A DNA stretch of 64,000 nt, from positions 1,619 to 65,618 of IMG/VR virus record IMGVR_UViG_3300048670_001253; one strand, given 5' to 3'. Source of the stretch: a virus. Taxonomy: Duplodnaviria > Caudoviricetes. Positions 19,027-31,406 of the stretch are shown in pieces (within the stretch, counting starts at the first letter, position 1; each line of letters begins with the position of its first letter). The notes below the pieces were generated by a model. That model saw nothing but the letters and a program-made list of their open reading frames with translations, ran no database searches and had not been told where the DNA came from. Made by a program: the position numbers and the translations under genes.

Positions 19027-21207
19027 ATGACTGACACATTAAGAACAAGAACAGATATATTATCTTTATTTTACAATAATTCTTCCGGCGACATATCCGC
19101 ACAGGATATGAGAGATTTTGTAACCAGTGTATTTTTATCTACGGATAATCAACTGGTTATAGGGTCATTGAACACAAGTGATCTGGGCGCCGACCAGAAT
19201 GGGATCAAGGTCAATGCGGCCACTCCCAAGACAATATTATTTGATTATACAAACCATTCCTGGACAAGTAGCGAGAGTTTTAATCTAGGTCTTTATAAAT
19301 CTTATAAAATCGATGGAGATCTAGTTTTAGATCAATACTCTTTGGGCGATACCGTAAGTTTCTCCAGACTTACACATGTTGGAACCATTCTTTCTGGAAC
19401 CTGGCAAGGGACTCCTATCAATGTTTCTTGGGGTGGCACCGGTAGATCTTTACTAAACCCTGGAAGTTTTTTGATCGGGAATGGCACAGATCCCGTAAGT
19501 GTAACAGATGATGTTGTTTGGGACAAAACAGAAAGATCTCTTACTGTTAAGGGTTATGTTTCAATAGAAAATAATAGCGATCCTTATTCCAAGAATCAAA
19601 ATTCAATAATTTTAGAAAAAAAGAATAATGATTCAAAAAGTATAGTTTATTCAGGGTCGGTAACAACAACAGACAATAGCGAAAAAACTTTTTTTGAATT
19701 TAATATACCTGATAATTTATTTGTAAGGTTCAAGATTTCGTGCAATGGAGTTAATTTTGATAGAAATTCTATGGTATCATCTTCTATAGAAGTCACTTAT
19801 AAAAAATCGAGAAACCCAGAAGCTCCATTAAACCCAACCCAATACATATATCTAGTTGGCGAAGAAAATAAATCATTAAACACAGACAACGATGATTGGG
19901 ATGTTAATTTTAGAATAGAAGACGGTAAAATTAGGTTAAAAGTTTTGGGAGAAAATATTAATTGGGTGGCCGAAGCCGAGACTTGGTTGATGTATATTCC
20001 CTTGGTCACCGCAACTACAACAACCACTACTACATTGAATCCCAGTGCTACAACCACTACTACAACCACTACCACTACCACAACAACCACCACAACAACC
20101 ACCACAACAACCACCACAACAACCACCACAACAACCACCACAGTAGATCCTGGTCTTACAACCACCACAGAAGAACCAACGACAACAACCACATTAGATC
20201 CTGGTCTTGCAACAACCACCACAGAAGAACCAACAACCACCACAGAAGAACCAACAACCACCACAGAAGAACCAACAACCACCACAGAAGAACCAACAAC
20301 CACCACAGAAGAACCAACAACCACCACAGAAGAACCAACAACCACTACTACCACCACTACCACCACCACCGAAGAGCCAACAGTATTTAATGTCATCAAT
20401 AGCGGTAGCGGTTCTTATGAAATTAATGAAATCAACAATCCAACCCTAAATCTCACAAGAGGTATGACGTATACGTTTAATATTAACGCAATCAATCATC
20501 CTTTCTGGATTAAGACATCTCGTACTACAGGACAAGACGATGCTTATAACACAGGAGTCACAAATAACGGTACCGAGAATGGTGTATTAATCTTCACTGT
20601 TCCAGCTGATGAAGAACTGAGTACTCTTTACTATAATTGTGAAATTCATTCTAGTATGGCTGGTGTGATAAATATTATTGATGCAACCACTACCACAACC
20701 ACCACTACAACCACTACCACAACCTTAGAACCAACCACTACCACAACCTTAGAACCAACCACTACAACAACCTTAGAACCAACCACTACAACAACCTTAG
20801 AACCAACCACTACAACAACAACTACATTAGATCCTGGTGCAACAACTACAACTACAACAACTACATTAGATCCTGGTGCAACAACTACAACTACAACAAC
20901 CACAACAACGGTTTTTCTTGATACTTCTATAACAACTGTTTTGGGGGACAATGAGGACAACCCCGATGTTTACTTCGCACAATACACAGGAATAACTGTT
21001 TCGACGGCGCAGGAAGTTGGAGAATCCATATTTTCATTCAATTCATTGAGCAATGTTGGAGTATCATATAGCATGAACATCTATGTGGGAGTAAGCTTAG
21101 TGGCCACCATAACCTTCTCCCCCAACCACCTATCTCTTCCGTTCAGATTCACAAACTCTGGGTCCACTTATTCTGGATCTTTCACAAATGGAACTGTAAA
21201 TTTTTAG
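19027..21207 (+). CDS. virion structural/fibre protein with poly-Thr and TTTEEP repeats and a cupredoxin-like domain
   Basis: phage-type N-terminus (GDISAQDMRDFV); NPTLNLTRGMTYTF...HPFWI...LYYNCEIHSSM. Confidence 0.7.
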   Translation: MTDTLRTRTDILSLFYNNSSGDISAQDMRDFVTSVFLSTDNQLVIGSLNTSDLGADQNGIKVNAATPKTILFDYTNHSWTSSESFNLGLYKSYKIDGDLVLDQYSLGDTVSFSRLTHVGTILSGTWQGTPINVSWGGTGRSLLNPGSFLIGNGTDPVSVTDDVVWDKTERSLTVKGYVSIENNSDPYSKNQNSIILEKKNNDSKSIVYSGSVTTTDNSEKTFFEFNIPDNLFVRFKISCNGVNFDRNSMVSSSIEVTYKKSRNPEAPLNPTQYIYLVGEENKSLNTDNDDWDVNFRIEDGKIRLKVLGENINWVAEAETWLMYIPLVTATTTTTTTLNPSATTTTTTTTTTTTTTTTTTTTTTTTTTTTTTTVDPGLTTTTEEPTTTTTLDPGLATTTTEEPTTTTEEPTTTTEEPTTTTEEPTTTTEEPTTTTEEPTTTTTTTTTTTEEPTVFNVINSGSGSYEINEINNPTLNLTRGMTYTFNINAINHPFWIKTSRTTGQDDAYNTGVTNNGTENGVLIFTVPADEELSTLYYNCEIHSSMAGVINIIDATTTTTTTTTTTTTLEPTTTTTLEPTTTTTLEPTTTTTLEPTTTTTTTLDPGATTTTTTTTLDPGATTTTTTTTTTVFLDTSITTVLGDNEDNPDVYFAQYTGITVSTAQEVGESIFSFNSLSNVGVSYSMNIYVGVSLVATITFSPNHLSLPFRFTNSGSTYSGSFTNGTVNF
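20020..20370 (+). repeat. coding tandem repeats (12-nt ACCACAACAACC and 18-nt ACCACAGAAGAACCAACA units)
   Basis: directly visible; encode Thr runs and TTEEPT. Confidence 0.95.
20685..20910 (+). repeat. coding tandem repeats encoding TTTTTLEP / TTTTTTLDPGA
   Basis: directly visible. Confidence 0.9.
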
Positions 21208-21232
21208 TTATCCTTCTTGAATTGGGAATAAT

Positions 21233-24200
21233 ATGATAATTAAAAAAATAAATCAAATAATAAGCTTAAGAGAAGATTATACTCTATCTGACTTGCCTCA
21301 GATTATCAAAGATAAGATTCAAATAATATATGGCGAATCTGCAAGTGGTGATATTCTTTTATCTTGGACCCCAATCGGGATACCAGGATTTGACAAGATA
21401 AAAGCAGATAGATCATATATTATAAGGAATCTTCCAGATAATTTTGCCGATTATAGCCTTCCTATTAATGCAAATTCACCTAATCAAGATAATGCTGTAA
21501 ATAAAGTTATTCAATTTTTTACCTATAAAGCTGAATCTAATTTTAATTTGTCAAATTTATCTCCAAGTATTAAAAATAAAATTTCAATAATTTATTCCGA
21601 ATCATTTAGTGGAGATAATTTAGTCACATGGACCACCACAGGACTACCAGGGTTCACACAATTTGTTTGCGGAAAAACTTATCTTATAACTAGTGTTGAA
21701 GATAGTTTTTCGCCCTATGATTTGGGGGCTCCAACTCCACAAGTCTCTTACCCGGTATCAGCATACTTTACCGGCGGTTATTTTAGATTAAAAAATCTGG
21801 GCACAAACGATGTAACAGAAAATTTGTCAGTATTTTATGATCGTGGTTTGAATATTGGTGACTATGACCTAATTCAGGTTATTGCATCAGGTAGCTCGTT
21901 TGATTTTAATTATGTTAATAGTATTAATTTAGCTAAGCAATATTACACAGGGTATACAGACATTGATTATGCCTCGTTGGAGTTAGTTCTTATTGATTCA
22001 AATAACAAAGTTGTAGGATGGGCCACAACTAGTACCGACATCACAGAAGAGCCGACCCATGGACTCTCAGGATCCTCTTTAAATATAAGGCTTTTTGATT
22101 TCCCAGAAATAATTGTTAAGGAAAATTGGAATCTTGGAACATTAGTGAATGGGACTGGTAGATCGGCCAATTTTTTTAATAATATTTCTCCTTATAAGTT
22201 ACTATTTCCGCCAATCACTCCTACTCCCACTCCCACAACAACTCCCACCTTAACTCCTACTCCCACAACTACTCCCACAACTACTCCCACTTTAACTCAA
22301 ACACTTACTCCCACCATAACTAGCACCAAAACCCCAACTTCAACAAACACTAGTACACCAACATCGACTCCAACTCTAACACCAACATTAACTAACACCT
22401 TAACATTAACCAATACCCAAACACTAACACGGACTCAAACTCCCACAAACACAAATACTCCCACAACCACCAATACGTCCACACCTACACAGACTCAAAC
22501 TCTTACAAGCACAAATACTCCCACAACTACCAATACATCTACACCCACACCCACACCCACTCTTACCTCAACACCAACAGCTACACCAACAGCTACACCA
22601 ACATCAACTCCTACTCTAACTAATACTCTAACTTTAACTCAAACTCAAACTCAAACTTTAACCAATACACTAACTTTAACTAATACACGAACACCAACCC
22701 AGACTCAAACTCTTACAAGCACAAATACTCCTACAACTACTAATACATCTACGCCTACATCTACGCCTACTATTACTCCAACACTAACGGCCACTCCAAC
22801 ACTAACTAAGACATCAACGCCAACCAACACCCAAACTCCTACCCAACCTCCTTGCGTAGGCTTAATTGTAAATGGAGATTTTAGTTTACCCTCCTCTCTG
22901 AGTGGCCAGTGTTTGGGAGGTATTGGATATGATAATAGACAACAGTATGTGGCGGCACCTCCTTGGTATTTGCATCCCAACGGCCAGATGTATTCTTTTT
23001 ATTATTGCAATAATTCATTATTAAATAATAGATTTGTTGGCTTGGGGCCTACTGCAAATAATGCTTATTTATCACAAACAATATCAACAGTAGCCGGCGT
23101 TACATATGTTTGCTCTTTTGATATGGGTTGCCAACCTGGTTATGATTATTTAAACTTGGTCAAGAGATACTTAGAAGTGTTAGTAGCATCTGTGGCTAGC
23201 TCGGGGGTTGTCTCAAAGAACACCTTTAATATAAGCAATGTAGTAACAGGTAATAGTTATGAAAGCCTGGGATGGGCGACTAAGTCATTTGAGTTTACTG
23301 CTACTTCTTCTTCAACAATAATAGTGTTTAGGACTCCCAACAATTCATTAACTGCTTTGCCAGCTGGGGGGCAAGGAGCAGAACAGTGTGCGGCCACAGT
23401 GGACAATATAGAGGTTTCGTGTGCAATTGTACCAACTAATACACCAACAATAACACCAACTTTAACCAATACACCAACACTAACTAATACATTAACTTTA
23501 ACTAATACACAAACTACCACGCCGACTAATACACTCACATTAACCAATACATCAACTTTAACCAATACCCCCACCTTATCAAATACTCCAACATTAACTA
23601 AAACTCAAACTCCAACATTAACTAATACTATAACTTTAACTAATACTATAACTTTAACTAATACCCCCACCTCATCAAATACTCCAACATTAACTAAAAC
23701 TCAAACTCCAACATTAACTAATACACTAACTTTAACCAATACTCCTACCTTATCAAACACCCCCACCTTATCAAATACTCCTACATCAACTAATACCCCT
23801 ACACTAACTAACACTGTAACGTTAACTAATACAAAAACTCCTACTTTAACACCAACATTAACCAATACGCCCACATCAACTAATACTCCCACACTAACAA
23901 GCACACAGACACTAACAAGCACTCCAACTTTAACTGGGACCCAAACATTAACACCTACAATTACACTAACCAATACAAATACTCAAACACCAATAAAAAC
24001 TCAGACTCCAACATTAACTTCAACTCCTACATTAACTAATACACCAACTTTTACCAATACTCCAACATCTACCAATACACAAACTTTAACTCATACTCCT
24101 ACTTTAACAAATACTGCGACTTTGGTGTTGACCCAAACCGCTACCCCAACAGGAACCCCTACATTAACTCCAACTCTTACACCAACCCGAACCAGTACTC

Positions 24201-24784
24201 CCACTTTAACAAAAACTCCCACACAGACCAATACTCAAACCTCAACGAAAACATTAACTCCAACACTAACAGCAACATCTACTAATACGCCCACAGCTAG
24301 TCCAACACTAACACCTACATTAACAGCCACACTAACTCCCACGCTAACTGCCACTCCCACTAAGACGCTAACAGCTACGCCCACTAATACACCAACAGCT
24401 AGCCCAACGCTAACACGCACTCTAACAGCCACGCTAACTCCCACACTAACTGCCACTCCCACTAAGACACCAACAGCTAGCCCAACACTAACGCCTACAC
24501 TAACATCAACACCAACAGCTAGCCCAACACTAACACCTACATTGACAGCCACACAAACACCCACACTGACGTCTACTCCTACCAAGACATCAACATCAAC
24601 ACCTACCAAGACACAAACAGTAACGCCTACTAAGACACTAACAGCTACTCTAACACCCACCCCAACAGCTACACCAATATTGAGAAACTATAACAGATCA
24701 ACTAATAGGAATGTAAATTATGTAAACTGGGGGTTACTAAGAGGTGTAATTCCATCTAACGTTAATAATTGGGGATCGCCATGA
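21233..24784 (+). CDS. very large Thr-Pro-rich (mucin-like) protein with an internal carbohydrate-binding-like (DUF642/CBM-like) domain
   Basis: long TPTxT/TNTPT/TLT repeats flank LIVNGDFS...[14 protein letters not shown]...[16 protein letters not shown]...DNIEV. Confidence 0.75.
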   Translation: MIIKKINQIISLREDYTLSDLPQIIKDKIQIIYGESASGDILLSWTPIGIPGFDKIKADRSYIIRNLPDNFADYSLPINANSPNQDNAVNKVIQFFTYKAESNFNLSNLSPSIKNKISIIYSESFSGDNLVTWTTTGLPGFTQFVCGKTYLITSVEDSFSPYDLGAPTPQVSYPVSAYFTGGYFRLKNLGTNDVTENLSVFYDRGLNIGDYDLIQVIASGSSFDFNYVNSINLAKQYYTGYTDIDYASLELVLIDSNNKVVGWATTSTDITEEPTHGLSGSSLNIRLFDFPEIIVKENWNLGTLVNGTGRSANFFNNISPYKLLFPPITPTPTPTTTPTLTPTPTTTPTTTPTLTQTLTPTITSTKTPTSTNTSTPTSTPTLTPTLTNTLTLTNTQTLTRTQTPTNTNTPTTTNTSTPTQTQTLTSTNTPTTTNTSTPTPTPTLTSTPTATPTATPTSTPTLTNTLTLTQTQTQTLTNTLTLTNTRTPTQTQTLTSTNTPTTTNTSTPTSTPTITPTLTATPTLTKTSTPTNTQTPTQPPCVGLIVNGDFSLPSSLSGQCLGGIGYDNRQQYVAAPPWYLHPNGQMYSFYYCNNSLLNNRFVGLGPTANNAYLSQTISTVAGVTYVCSFDMGCQPGYDYLNLVKRYLEVLVASVASSGVVSKNTFNISNVVTGNSYESLGWATKSFEFTATSSSTIIVFRTPNNSLTALPAGGQGAEQCAATVDNIEVSCAIVPTNTPTITPTLTNTPTLTNTLTLTNTQTTTPTNTLTLTNTSTLTNTPTLSNTPTLTKTQTPTLTNTITLTNTITLTNTPTSSNTPTLTKTQTPTLTNTLTLTNTPTLSNTPTLSNTPTSTNTPTLTNTVTLTNTKTPTLTPTLTNTPTSTNTPTLTSTQTLTSTPTLTGTQTLTPTITLTNTNTQTPIKTQTPTLTSTPTLTNTPTFTNTPTSTNTQTLTHTPTLTNTATLVLTQTATPTGTPTLTPTLTPTRTSTPTLTKTPTQTNTQTSTKTLTPTLTATSTNTPTASPTLTPTLTATLTPTLTATPTKTLTATPTNTPTASPTLTRTLTATLTPTLTATPTKTPTASPTLTPTLTSTPTASPTLTPTLTATQTPTLTSTPTKTSTSTPTKTQTVTPTKTLTATLTPTPTATPILRNYNRSTNRNVNYVNWGLLRGVIPSNVNNWGSP

Positions 24785-27700
24785 AAAACACAAGAACAAA
24801 AACAAGATATATCGATAGAATTTTATCCAAACTACACAGAAAAGATTCTGGGTCCATCCCTGTAAATCTTAAGGAATTTACAATAATATTAAAGAACAAA
24901 GAAGATAAACCAAGTTTTATCAAAGATATGGATGAACCTCAGTCAACATCCTTTTTAATCAGCACCATTCCAAATAGATCCTGCAAGCCTCTAGATTTAA
25001 CAGATAACGACAGAAGAGTTTTAACATATCATCTCAACGATGAAGAAGCCGAGCTCATTAAAAGAGATCCAAGAGTGGAGGTTGTTGAAAAATATATCGA
25101 AAAAACAATAAAACCGTTTGGGTTTAAAGATGGAACAATATTGATAAAACCGGTTGATTGTTTAGATGATAAAAATATAGATGCCCAAAATAATCAAATT
25201 AGTATTCAATCATATGATGAATATAGATCAATAATCGGCCTGCCAGATGGCTCTGATGTTGATGTTGTTATAGTAGATGGTTTTATGAGTCCGAATAATC
25301 CCGAACTTGCTAATAATCGGGATGGTACTGGGGGAACCAGAGTAAACCAAATAAATTGGTTTCAAGCTATAAACTACAATAATCCAAATTATCCATCATA
25401 TCCATATTTAACTGGTATAGACGAAAACAATGATCATGGATCCCATGTTTCTGGAACTGTTGCTGGAAATACTCAAGGTTGGGCTAAAAAAGCAAATATA
25501 CACAACATATATCCGTATGCTTCATATATGCCTAGCGGAAATAAAGATTTATTTTTATATGCTATTAAAATTTGGCATGAAAATAAGGGTGTAAATACTT
25601 TGTATGGAAATAAAAATCCCACAATAATAAATTGTAGTTGGGGGTCCACTTACGATGCGGGGGCCGACACCAGAGATGTTTTATCAATCAACTATAGAGG
25701 ATCCACAATAAACCCCTCCAGAAATTATTCTGGGGCAAAGTTAACTGCTGTTTTAAATACTGCTCGTCGGATTAAGCAAATAAATGTTATGAATCAAGGT
25801 GTCAATTATACTAATGAACCGGATATATCATTTTATGGAGGTGGACAAGAAACTGCAACTGCCGTATTAGCAAATGGTTCCATTAAAAAAATAATTATAA
25901 CAGATGGTGGATCAAATTATGATTATAATAATCCCCCAACAGTAACTTTTAGCGCTCCTCCCGCAGGTGGAGTAAGGGCGACAGGAGTAATTAAATCCAC
26001 AAAATATCGTAATTTTTCAGAAACTGGCCCCCTGATTTACATTGATGCTATTACTAATATTGGCGGTGATTCTGGTACTGGAGGAATTTATTTTATCGAA
26101 TTAACAGAAGCCGGATCCGGCTACGCTAGTCCCCCAACAGTTACTTTTTCGAGTCCCGGTGCTGGTGGAAGGGTGGCTCAGGCACATGTTGAAATAGGTT
26201 CTAATTTTATAAAGAAAATAAACTTAACAAATGGTGGAACAGGAAACAGCAACGACGAATTCATTCCTTATATTATTTTGAGTGGTGGAAATCCTTCACA
26301 ATCTGCCTTTACAACAATATCATCAATTGACTATCAAGGAGCGAGTAATTATACAAATGATGTGGGAGCCATACTGAATGGAGTCTATATGGTATATGAA
26401 TCTGTGGAGCAAGAATCTTTTGGCTCTCCTGTTTCAATCACCCTAGAAGGCGGCAACTACGCATCAGCACCAATAGTTTCTTTTTTTAAAGGTAATTTTT
26501 GGGAGGAAGATGGCACCATTACTGGAAATAAACCCGAAGCAAGAGCGGTAATGGGAACTGGGGTCAATGCGGGTAAAATAATGTCAATAAATATCCTTAA
26601 CCCAGGAAATGGATATACATCTGCCCCAAAAGTGGTAGTAACAAATGGTGGAGGATTCACTTTAAGCGAACTAAAGTCTTACGGATTAGTAGCTTTTCCA
26701 GATTTGACGGCAGAGTTTTCCGGCAGGCATTTAATAGTAGGAATACCCGCTAGGACCTCATTTGTTGATGCAGATGTGCAGGATTTAATAGCTTCAGGCG
26801 TTGTTGTTGTGGCTTCTGCTGGAAATGATTTTTATGGCATAGATATTCCATCTGGGCAAGATTATAATAATACTATTACAATGTTATACCCAGCTTTTAT
26901 TAGAGCAGAACCATCAATAATCATGGCCAATGAAGGCATTGCGACCCTGCCCTACAGAAGAGGTTCTTCCCCCGGAGCTTGCCCAGGGGTTATATGTGTG
27001 GGAGCTACTGAGGCGTCTTCAACTGAGTACAAAACAGATTTCAGCAACACAGGGCCAAGGGTAGACGTATATGCTCCTGGGGAGCATATACAATCAGTAA
27101 TTTACAATAGTGGCTCACCAGATAGTATACCAGACCCCAGAAACAGCGATTTTTGTTTAGAGAAATATTCTGGAACGAGCATGTCAAGTCCTCAAGTCTG
27201 TGGAATGATTGCCTGTTATGCTCAAAATAATAGAAACATAAACCAAGCTAGCGCTGCTGCTTTTATTTCAGATAATGCCAGGCCGGCAGTTCAAGAAGGA
27301 ACGGATTATAGATCTTTACAAGGCGGGACAAACAAATATGCTTATTTTCCATTACTTGCCACTCCCACTCCTACTCTAACGCCCACGCCAACCCCGACAA
27401 TAACAAAAACACCTACTCCAACTTTAACCAATACACCCACAAAAACCAATACTCTGACTTTGACCGTTACTCCTACATTGACCAACACCAATACCCTAAC
27501 ACAAAAACCAGTAACTACTCAAACTCTACAAATAACTCAAACAAATACTCTAACTTTAACAAATACAAAGACACCAACTTTAACGCCAACAAATACTCCC
27601 ACACCAACAAATACTCAAACATTAACTAATACCCCAACAAAAACCAATACACCAACACTAACAAATACTCAAACATTAACTAATACTCCAGCACCAACTA

Positions 27701-28062
27701 ATACTCAAACATTAACCAATACCCCAACACCAACTAAGACGCCAGCATTTACACCAACCAACACTGCGACTAGGACGCCTAATATTATTTTCACAGATCC
27801 CTTTAATTTAAGATTGAGATATGGAGCTCCTAATTCTCTTATTTGGAATCAAAGAAACTTAGATCGTATTGTAGCTGTTGAAGCTGCGAGAAATTATAAG
27901 GTAAAATCTTGGTCACAGGTCGCCCCAGGAACACAAAATAGATCTAACTATGCAAGCTGCGGGGACAATAACCACTGTTATTGGAATGGAACCGGCTGGG
28001 TTGTGACCGGTGCGTGTTCTGGCAATTGGATAGGAAGTATGACTTTAACTAAAATTATCTAA
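24769..28062 (+). CDS. S8 (subtilisin-like) serine protease with inserted Gly-rich beta repeats and a Thr-Pro-rich tail
   Basis: catalytic motifs [36 protein letters not shown]. Confidence 0.9.
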   Translation: MGIAMKNTRTKTRYIDRILSKLHRKDSGSIPVNLKEFTIILKNKEDKPSFIKDMDEPQSTSFLISTIPNRSCKPLDLTDNDRRVLTYHLNDEEAELIKRDPRVEVVEKYIEKTIKPFGFKDGTILIKPVDCLDDKNIDAQNNQISIQSYDEYRSIIGLPDGSDVDVVIVDGFMSPNNPELANNRDGTGGTRVNQINWFQAINYNNPNYPSYPYLTGIDENNDHGSHVSGTVAGNTQGWAKKANIHNIYPYASYMPSGNKDLFLYAIKIWHENKGVNTLYGNKNPTIINCSWGSTYDAGADTRDVLSINYRGSTINPSRNYSGAKLTAVLNTARRIKQINVMNQGVNYTNEPDISFYGGGQETATAVLANGSIKKIIITDGGSNYDYNNPPTVTFSAPPAGGVRATGVIKSTKYRNFSETGPLIYIDAITNIGGDSGTGGIYFIELTEAGSGYASPPTVTFSSPGAGGRVAQAHVEIGSNFIKKINLTNGGTGNSNDEFIPYIILSGGNPSQSAFTTISSIDYQGASNYTNDVGAILNGVYMVYESVEQESFGSPVSITLEGGNYASAPIVSFFKGNFWEEDGTITGNKPEARAVMGTGVNAGKIMSINILNPGNGYTSAPKVVVTNGGGFTLSELKSYGLVAFPDLTAEFSGRHLIVGIPARTSFVDADVQDLIASGVVVVASAGNDFYGIDIPSGQDYNNTITMLYPAFIRAEPSIIMANEGIATLPYRRGSSPGACPGVICVGATEASSTEYKTDFSNTGPRVDVYAPGEHIQSVIYNSGSPDSIPDPRNSDFCLEKYSGTSMSSPQVCGMIACYAQNNRNINQASAAAFISDNARPAVQEGTDYRSLQGGTNKYAYFPLLATPTPTLTPTPTPTITKTPTPTLTNTPTKTNTLTLTVTPTLTNTNTLTQKPVTTQTLQITQTNTLTLTNTKTPTLTPTNTPTPTNTQTLTNTPTKTNTPTLTNTQTLTNTPAPTNTQTLTNTPTPTKTPAFTPTNTATRTPNIIFTDPFNLRLRYGAPNSLIWNQRNLDRIVAVEAARNYKVKSWSQVAPGTQNRSNYASCGDNNHCYWNGTGWVVTGACSGNWIGSMTLTKII

Positions 28063-28690
28063 AAAAAGCAACAATTGAACATCGAGTATTTGATCCAGCG
28101 TCATCATCTACTCTGTTTATTTGATGCCAAACTCCGCCTCTGGTGGCTACTATTCTATTTGGCTTTGGCTGAACATAATATCCACAAGCTACATAGTTCA
28201 TTATTCTGTCTGTCCACCATGTCTCCAAGGGCCCTCCAACATTTTCTTTTTTATATTCAACACTCGGAGTTTCCGCCATCATTAGTTCCCCGCCCCAACC
28301 AGCTCCCCAATGTGGATGAACATAAAATATAACCGCAGCTGTGTATCCTGGGTCATTATGCCAGTTTATTTTTGTTCCTCTTCCGTAGATATAAGCTCTT
28401 AAAAAAACTTCTTTCCACTCCCCGAAAATTTCTGGATGGGTGTTATTAATCACGTTTATTTTTTCATAAATTTTATCTAGGGGATTATTAAAAGGATAGT
28501 TCTTTGCATTATATTCTTTACTGCCCATCGGATTACCATCTGTTAACTTCCATACTTTCATGAAACCAGTCGAGTTTATGGAAGTGTATTCTAGGTTTTG
28601 AAACCATTCCCATGTACTTTTGAATTCCTCTTGAGATAGAACATTATCATAGACTACGAACTTATCTTCATTTTGTAGTATTTTATCCAT
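28055..28690 (-). CDS. 2OG-Fe(II) oxygenase (prolyl-hydroxylase-like)
   Basis: WHND, FYVH..W...WGGEL, PKPNR, WHQI, RCSI. Confidence 0.85.
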   Translation of the reverse strand: MDKILQNEDKFVVYDNVLSQEEFKSTWEWFQNLEYTSINSTGFMKVWKLTDGNPMGSKEYNAKNYPFNNPLDKIYEKINVINNTHPEIFGEWKEVFLRAYIYGRGTKINWHNDPGYTAAVIFYVHPHWGAGWGGELMMAETPSVEYKKENVGGPLETWWTDRIMNYVACGYYVQPKPNRIVATRGGVWHQINRVDDDAGSNTRCSIVAFFR

Positions 28691-28746
28691 TTATTTATTA
28701 TAGATTATTTTTGTTTGAAATCAATATATATTAAAAAGGAAAAAAA

Positions 28747-29097
28747 ATGAACGACATATTAAAATTAGCTGGTTTGACTGAACAAGTTGAAAAATTCAAC
28801 CACTTCGCAGAAAAAAGATTTGAAGGAGCAAAAAAAATATCTGATGCGGCTGAAGATAAAGGCGGCCCAGCTCTTCTTACACATTATCACTTTGCTGTTA
28901 AATTACCTTATTATAAAAAAGCAGCAGAAGGAAAAATGGATTTTGAAAAAAGCAAGAAAGAATACAAAGAGCTTTGTAAAAAACTTCATTCAATGATGGA
29001 CAAAATAGAAGATGTAAACCAAAAAACTTTTCAAGAACTACTCGGTAAAATGGAAGTTATAGGTGAACTATTAATCTACGAAAATAATAAAAAATGA
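28747..29097 (+). CDS. hypothetical protein
   Basis: AAAAGGA RBS, upstream TATATA. Confidence 0.7.
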   Translation: MNDILKLAGLTEQVEKFNHFAEKRFEGAKKISDAAEDKGGPALLTHYHFAVKLPYYKKAAEGKMDFEKSKKEYKELCKKLHSMMDKIEDVNQKTFQELLGKMEVIGELLIYENNKK

Positions 29098-29915
29098 ATT
29101 TTAGAGATTTTATAAACGAGTCGCCTGTAACTAACTTTGAACTAATGGGTCAATGGGGACCTGAAGCAAAAAGAAAATACGGATACAACAAACAAGACAC
29201 AGGAATCTTGGAAAATCCAAAAGCTGTGGAAAAAATTCACAGACATTGGAGCAACAGTAAGAGTAATTTTGAATTCTATTTTTTAAGAAGCTACAAAGCA
29301 AGCAAGCACGTTGAAGTTGGACAGGTAGCCCCCGAATGGGTCAAAGAAAATTTAGAAGTTGATATAAAGCCAAAAGAAGATGCCATAACTGTTATATTTA
29401 CAAATAATACAGGCGCAGAGAAAATAGCTATGACAGCTTGGACTTTGGCCCACAGGTTAGGTCACGCAATTAGACGAGACAAAACTTTCGAAAAATATTT
29501 CAATGACGAAATAATAAGAGACTTTGATGAAATATTACAAAATGTATATGGAATAGAAACCAATAAATATAACAAAAACTATTCTGATTATGAGAAACAA
29601 AGAAAAGCAATTTTCTTAGCTGTTGGCACAATGAAAAGTGCAAGAGATAATATTCTTAGAAACAGCAATGAGTTCATGTATGAGTTATTGGCCCAATATA
29701 TCATATCTGGTAAAATAAAATTTAACAGCCTACCTAGAAGTCTTGTGATAGATAGAAAGATGGCTTGGGGCAGACCAAACTATAGAATGAAGAATACGGT
29801 AGATGAAATAGCATATAGAGAATATAATGAAATGCTACAAAGCAATGCTGTTAAGTATGAATATAATCTAGACACTATTTTCAATGGTCTTGAGGGATTG
29901 ATGTTTGTGATGTAA
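29094..29915 (+). CDS. hypothetical protein (HxxGH motif)
   Basis: N-terminus MNFRDFINES; LAHRLGHA. Confidence 0.7.
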   Translation: MNFRDFINESPVTNFELMGQWGPEAKRKYGYNKQDTGILENPKAVEKIHRHWSNSKSNFEFYFLRSYKASKHVEVGQVAPEWVKENLEVDIKPKEDAITVIFTNNTGAEKIAMTAWTLAHRLGHAIRRDKTFEKYFNDEIIRDFDEILQNVYGIETNKYNKNYSDYEKQRKAIFLAVGTMKSARDNILRNSNEFMYELLAQYIISGKIKFNSLPRSLVIDRKMAWGRPNYRMKNTVDEIAYREYNEMLQSNAVKYEYNLDTIFNGLEGLMFVM

Positions 29916-30333
29916 TATTAGAAGTGCAGTAAGGACATTTAATCGCTAGTAAATCTATATCTTTGCAACAATATTCACATTTCTTGATTTTTATAGCATC
30001 TTCTTTTACTTTTAATCTACCCAATCCCTTTTGACAAATTAAATATAAAATAAAAGAAATTAAAAGAAAGTCTACAAGCACGCCTATCATTCTTCCCACT
30101 TCAAACTCGAGTCCATTAAATGGAATAAATTCCCAATTTCTCCATCCATTTCCTGTTTTTAAAATTAAGAACTTAAAAATAGGCATTAGTAGGTAGTCAG
30201 ATATTCCATTTATAACTTTATTAAAAGAATTTCCAAGTATAACCCCTACAGCAAACTTCATCATATCTTCACGAAATGCGAAATCTTTATATTCTTTTAT
30301 ATTTTTGCTGTTGAGGAAATCTTTTTCTTCCAT
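29881..30333 (-). CDS. mscL: large-conductance mechanosensitive channel with C-terminal zinc ribbon
   Basis: EYKDFAFREDMMKFAVGVILGNSFNKVIN...LMP, G..IG.LVDFLLISFILY; CEYC...KCPYCTS; start moved to 30333. Confidence 0.85.
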   Translation of the reverse strand: MEEKDFLNSKNIKEYKDFAFREDMMKFAVGVILGNSFNKVINGISDYLLMPIFKFLILKTGNGWRNWEFIPFNGLEFEVGRMIGVLVDFLLISFILYLICQKGLGRLKVKEDAIKIKKCEYCCKDIDLLAIKCPYCTSNITSQTSIPQDH

Positions 30334-30464
30334 ACTATTATATATTAACCGTACAACATTGTTTGATGTTCCATGGGATGGGAACAAAGGTGTTAGCCTT
30401 GGCAGGAAAGCAGAAATGCTTTCCTGTTTTTTTTACTATCCTGTTTTTTTTACTATACTATTGT

Positions 30465-31406
30465 ATGAAAACATTAATTTATTCTTTAGCAACACTTTTA
30501 TTAATATCTCCCAATTTATCTGCCGAGGTGCGGGAAACTGGACTATCTTTTGATCACAACGAAGTTAATCTAGCTGGGTTATTTACAATGACCAATGAAA
30601 ATGGCAGATTAAGAAATCTAGAGTTGATGGACGGAGTTTTCTCTGATGGCAAACTTGGATTCAAAGCCGAGAAATACCACAATGTCGGCTCAGCAGAAAT
30701 ATATAAAAGAATATCAGAACTCACTGGTAAATTGAGTGAAAATGGAACTCTTTTATTGTATTTAAATAGTCACGGAGGAGGTAGTAATCAAAATTTTGCA
30801 ATGACTGCTGCTGGAGGTAGTTTCAAATTTAGTAAGGCTTTAAAGGCCATAGCATCTGTTAAGAAGGTCAAGAGGTTAATAGTGCTAATTGATACGTGTC
30901 ACGCCGCAGGGGGCATACAAGAAGGATTTGACGTTAATGGAGAGCTATTAAGGAATCTCCAGAACGCTAAACCTACGGCATTTTTACCCGAGCTTCCAAG
31001 CCAATACAAAAGTAATACTAGACCATTTATTGGAATATTTGATATTCTAAGAAATAATGATGTTGACTATGGCGAAGATAGTGGCGCATATGAAGAAGCC
31101 CTTATCATAAGCTCGTCTAGTGTGGAAGATTTGTCCACAAGAGGAGTCTTTGCGAGTAGACTAAAAACTACTTTCGATAAAGTAAAGAATAATAGAGATA
31201 TAACAGTGGCCCAGTTTTTAAAAATGTTCGCAGACAGCCATTCCCAATCAGGACAGCAACCTTATTATAAGGTGGTGCCTGATAAGAATATGTTGAATGA
31301 ATTCCTGTTCAGAAATTATCCGGCAGAAGATATACAAATATATGATTATAGAACAAGAGAAAAAATCCCAGGAAAAGGTAATATACTAGTACCTAGCCAG
31401 GAATAA
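30465..31406 (+). CDS. secreted clan CD (caspase/legumain-like) cysteine peptidase
   Basis: signal peptide MKTLIYSLATLLLISPNLSA; LYLNSHGG and LIDTCHAAG His-Cys dyad. Confidence 0.75.
   Translation: MKTLIYSLATLLLISPNLSAEVRETGLSFDHNEVNLAGLFTMTNENGRLRNLELMDGVFSDGKLGFKAEKYHNVGSAEIYKRISELTGKLSENGTLLLYLNSHGGGSNQNFAMTAAGGSFKFSKALKAIASVKKVKRLIVLIDTCHAAGGIQEGFDVNGELLRNLQNAKPTAFLPELPSQYKSNTRPFIGIFDILRNNDVDYGEDSGAYEEALIISSSSVEDLSTRGVFASRLKTTFDKVKNNRDITVAQFLKMFADSHSQSGQQPYYKVVPDKNMLNEFLFRNYPAEDIQIYDYRTREKIPGKGNILVPSQE

Noticed and set aside
19797-24660. Val-rich minus-strand ORFs and His/Gln-rich alternative-frame ORFs
   Set aside because: These are shadow frames of the Thr/Pro codon repeats, which lack stop codons in other frames.
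19027-28062. Diversity-generating retroelement target/template repeats
   Set aside because: No reverse transcriptase in the window, and no repeat pair differing only at adenines; the repeats are simple tandem coding units.
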